The notes under the pieces: generated by a model
Database searches by the model: none
What the model saw: only the letters and a program-made list of their open reading frames with translations
Told to the model about the DNA's origin: nothing
Shown: positions 63,946 to 64,000 of the stretch, piece by piece
How the letters are laid out: each line of letters opens with the position of its first letter
Position numbering within the stretch: position 1 is the stretch's first letter
Origin: Candidatus Saccharimonas sp.
Lineage (GTDB): Bacteria; Patescibacteriota; Saccharimonadia; Saccharimonadales; Saccharimonadaceae
DNA length: 64,000 bases
Assembly: GCA_032229905.1 (NCBI GenBank)
Contig: JAVTWQ010000015.1
Span: forward strand, 77,112 to 141,111
Direction: 5' to 3'
Program-made: the position numbers and the translations under genes

Positions 63946-64000
63946 CCAGCGTGGGTTATAGGCTCGGCGGAAAGCGTTTCTAAATGCAGGGTCCTTTTCA
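63942..64000 (-). CDS. 3-prime end of an upstream gene in the same operon (partial)
   Basis: An open frame reading ...KRTLHLETLSAEPITHAG ends in a TGA that overlaps the GTG start of the next gene (GTGA). Only 19 codons are visible. Confidence 0.3.
   Translation of the reverse strand, partial: KRTLHLETLSAEPITHAG

Overview
This 64 kb window comes from a compact, Gram-positive-type bacterial chromosome and contains the replication-origin block (jag-yidC-rnpA-rpmH divergent from dnaA-dnaN, 53.2-58.2 kb). The gene content fits a Candidatus Saccharibacteria/Patescibacteria-like genome: a sortase with a giant wall-anchored protein, LemA, many glycosyltransferases, tight packing and leaderless-looking promoters. 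That assignment is inference only, since no search was possible.

Layout:
(1) 1-5.4 kb: stress and housekeeping genes (msrB, hchA, alr) and small P-loop genes, punctuated by a family of short intergenic repeats.
(2) 5.4-15.5 kb: an AT-rich integrative element next to tRNA-Asn(GTT). It carries a large serine recombinase whose ORF runs into the tRNA, a P-loop replication-type ATPase, small phage-type ORFs and an operator-rich switch region. Its cargo is an abutting AAA+ ATPase / apparently cytoplasmic S8 subtilase gene pair, which is my best candidate for an undescribed conflict (anti-phage) system.
(3) 15.6-21.8 kb: an envelope operon with a surface protein carrying an APNTG sorting signal, a sortase, a LexA-DBD-only regulator and a beta-lactamase-fold hydrolase.
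(4) 22-51 kb: a glycan super-locus combining Wzx/Wzy-type, ABC-transporter (Wzm/Wzt with Gmd/Rmd, i.e. GDP-D-rhamnose) and Gtr-type modules, plus a secreted protein with tandem bulb-type lectin domains.
(5) 51-58 kb: a LemA pair and the origin region with perfect DnaA boxes.
(6) 58-64 kb: an AT-rich operon of membrane-anchored or secreted proteins with M23 and M15 peptidoglycan-hydrolase domains.

I saw no rRNA, CRISPR array or transposase. All functional calls rest on motifs recognised by eye in the supplied translations. Composition statements are by eye, not computed.
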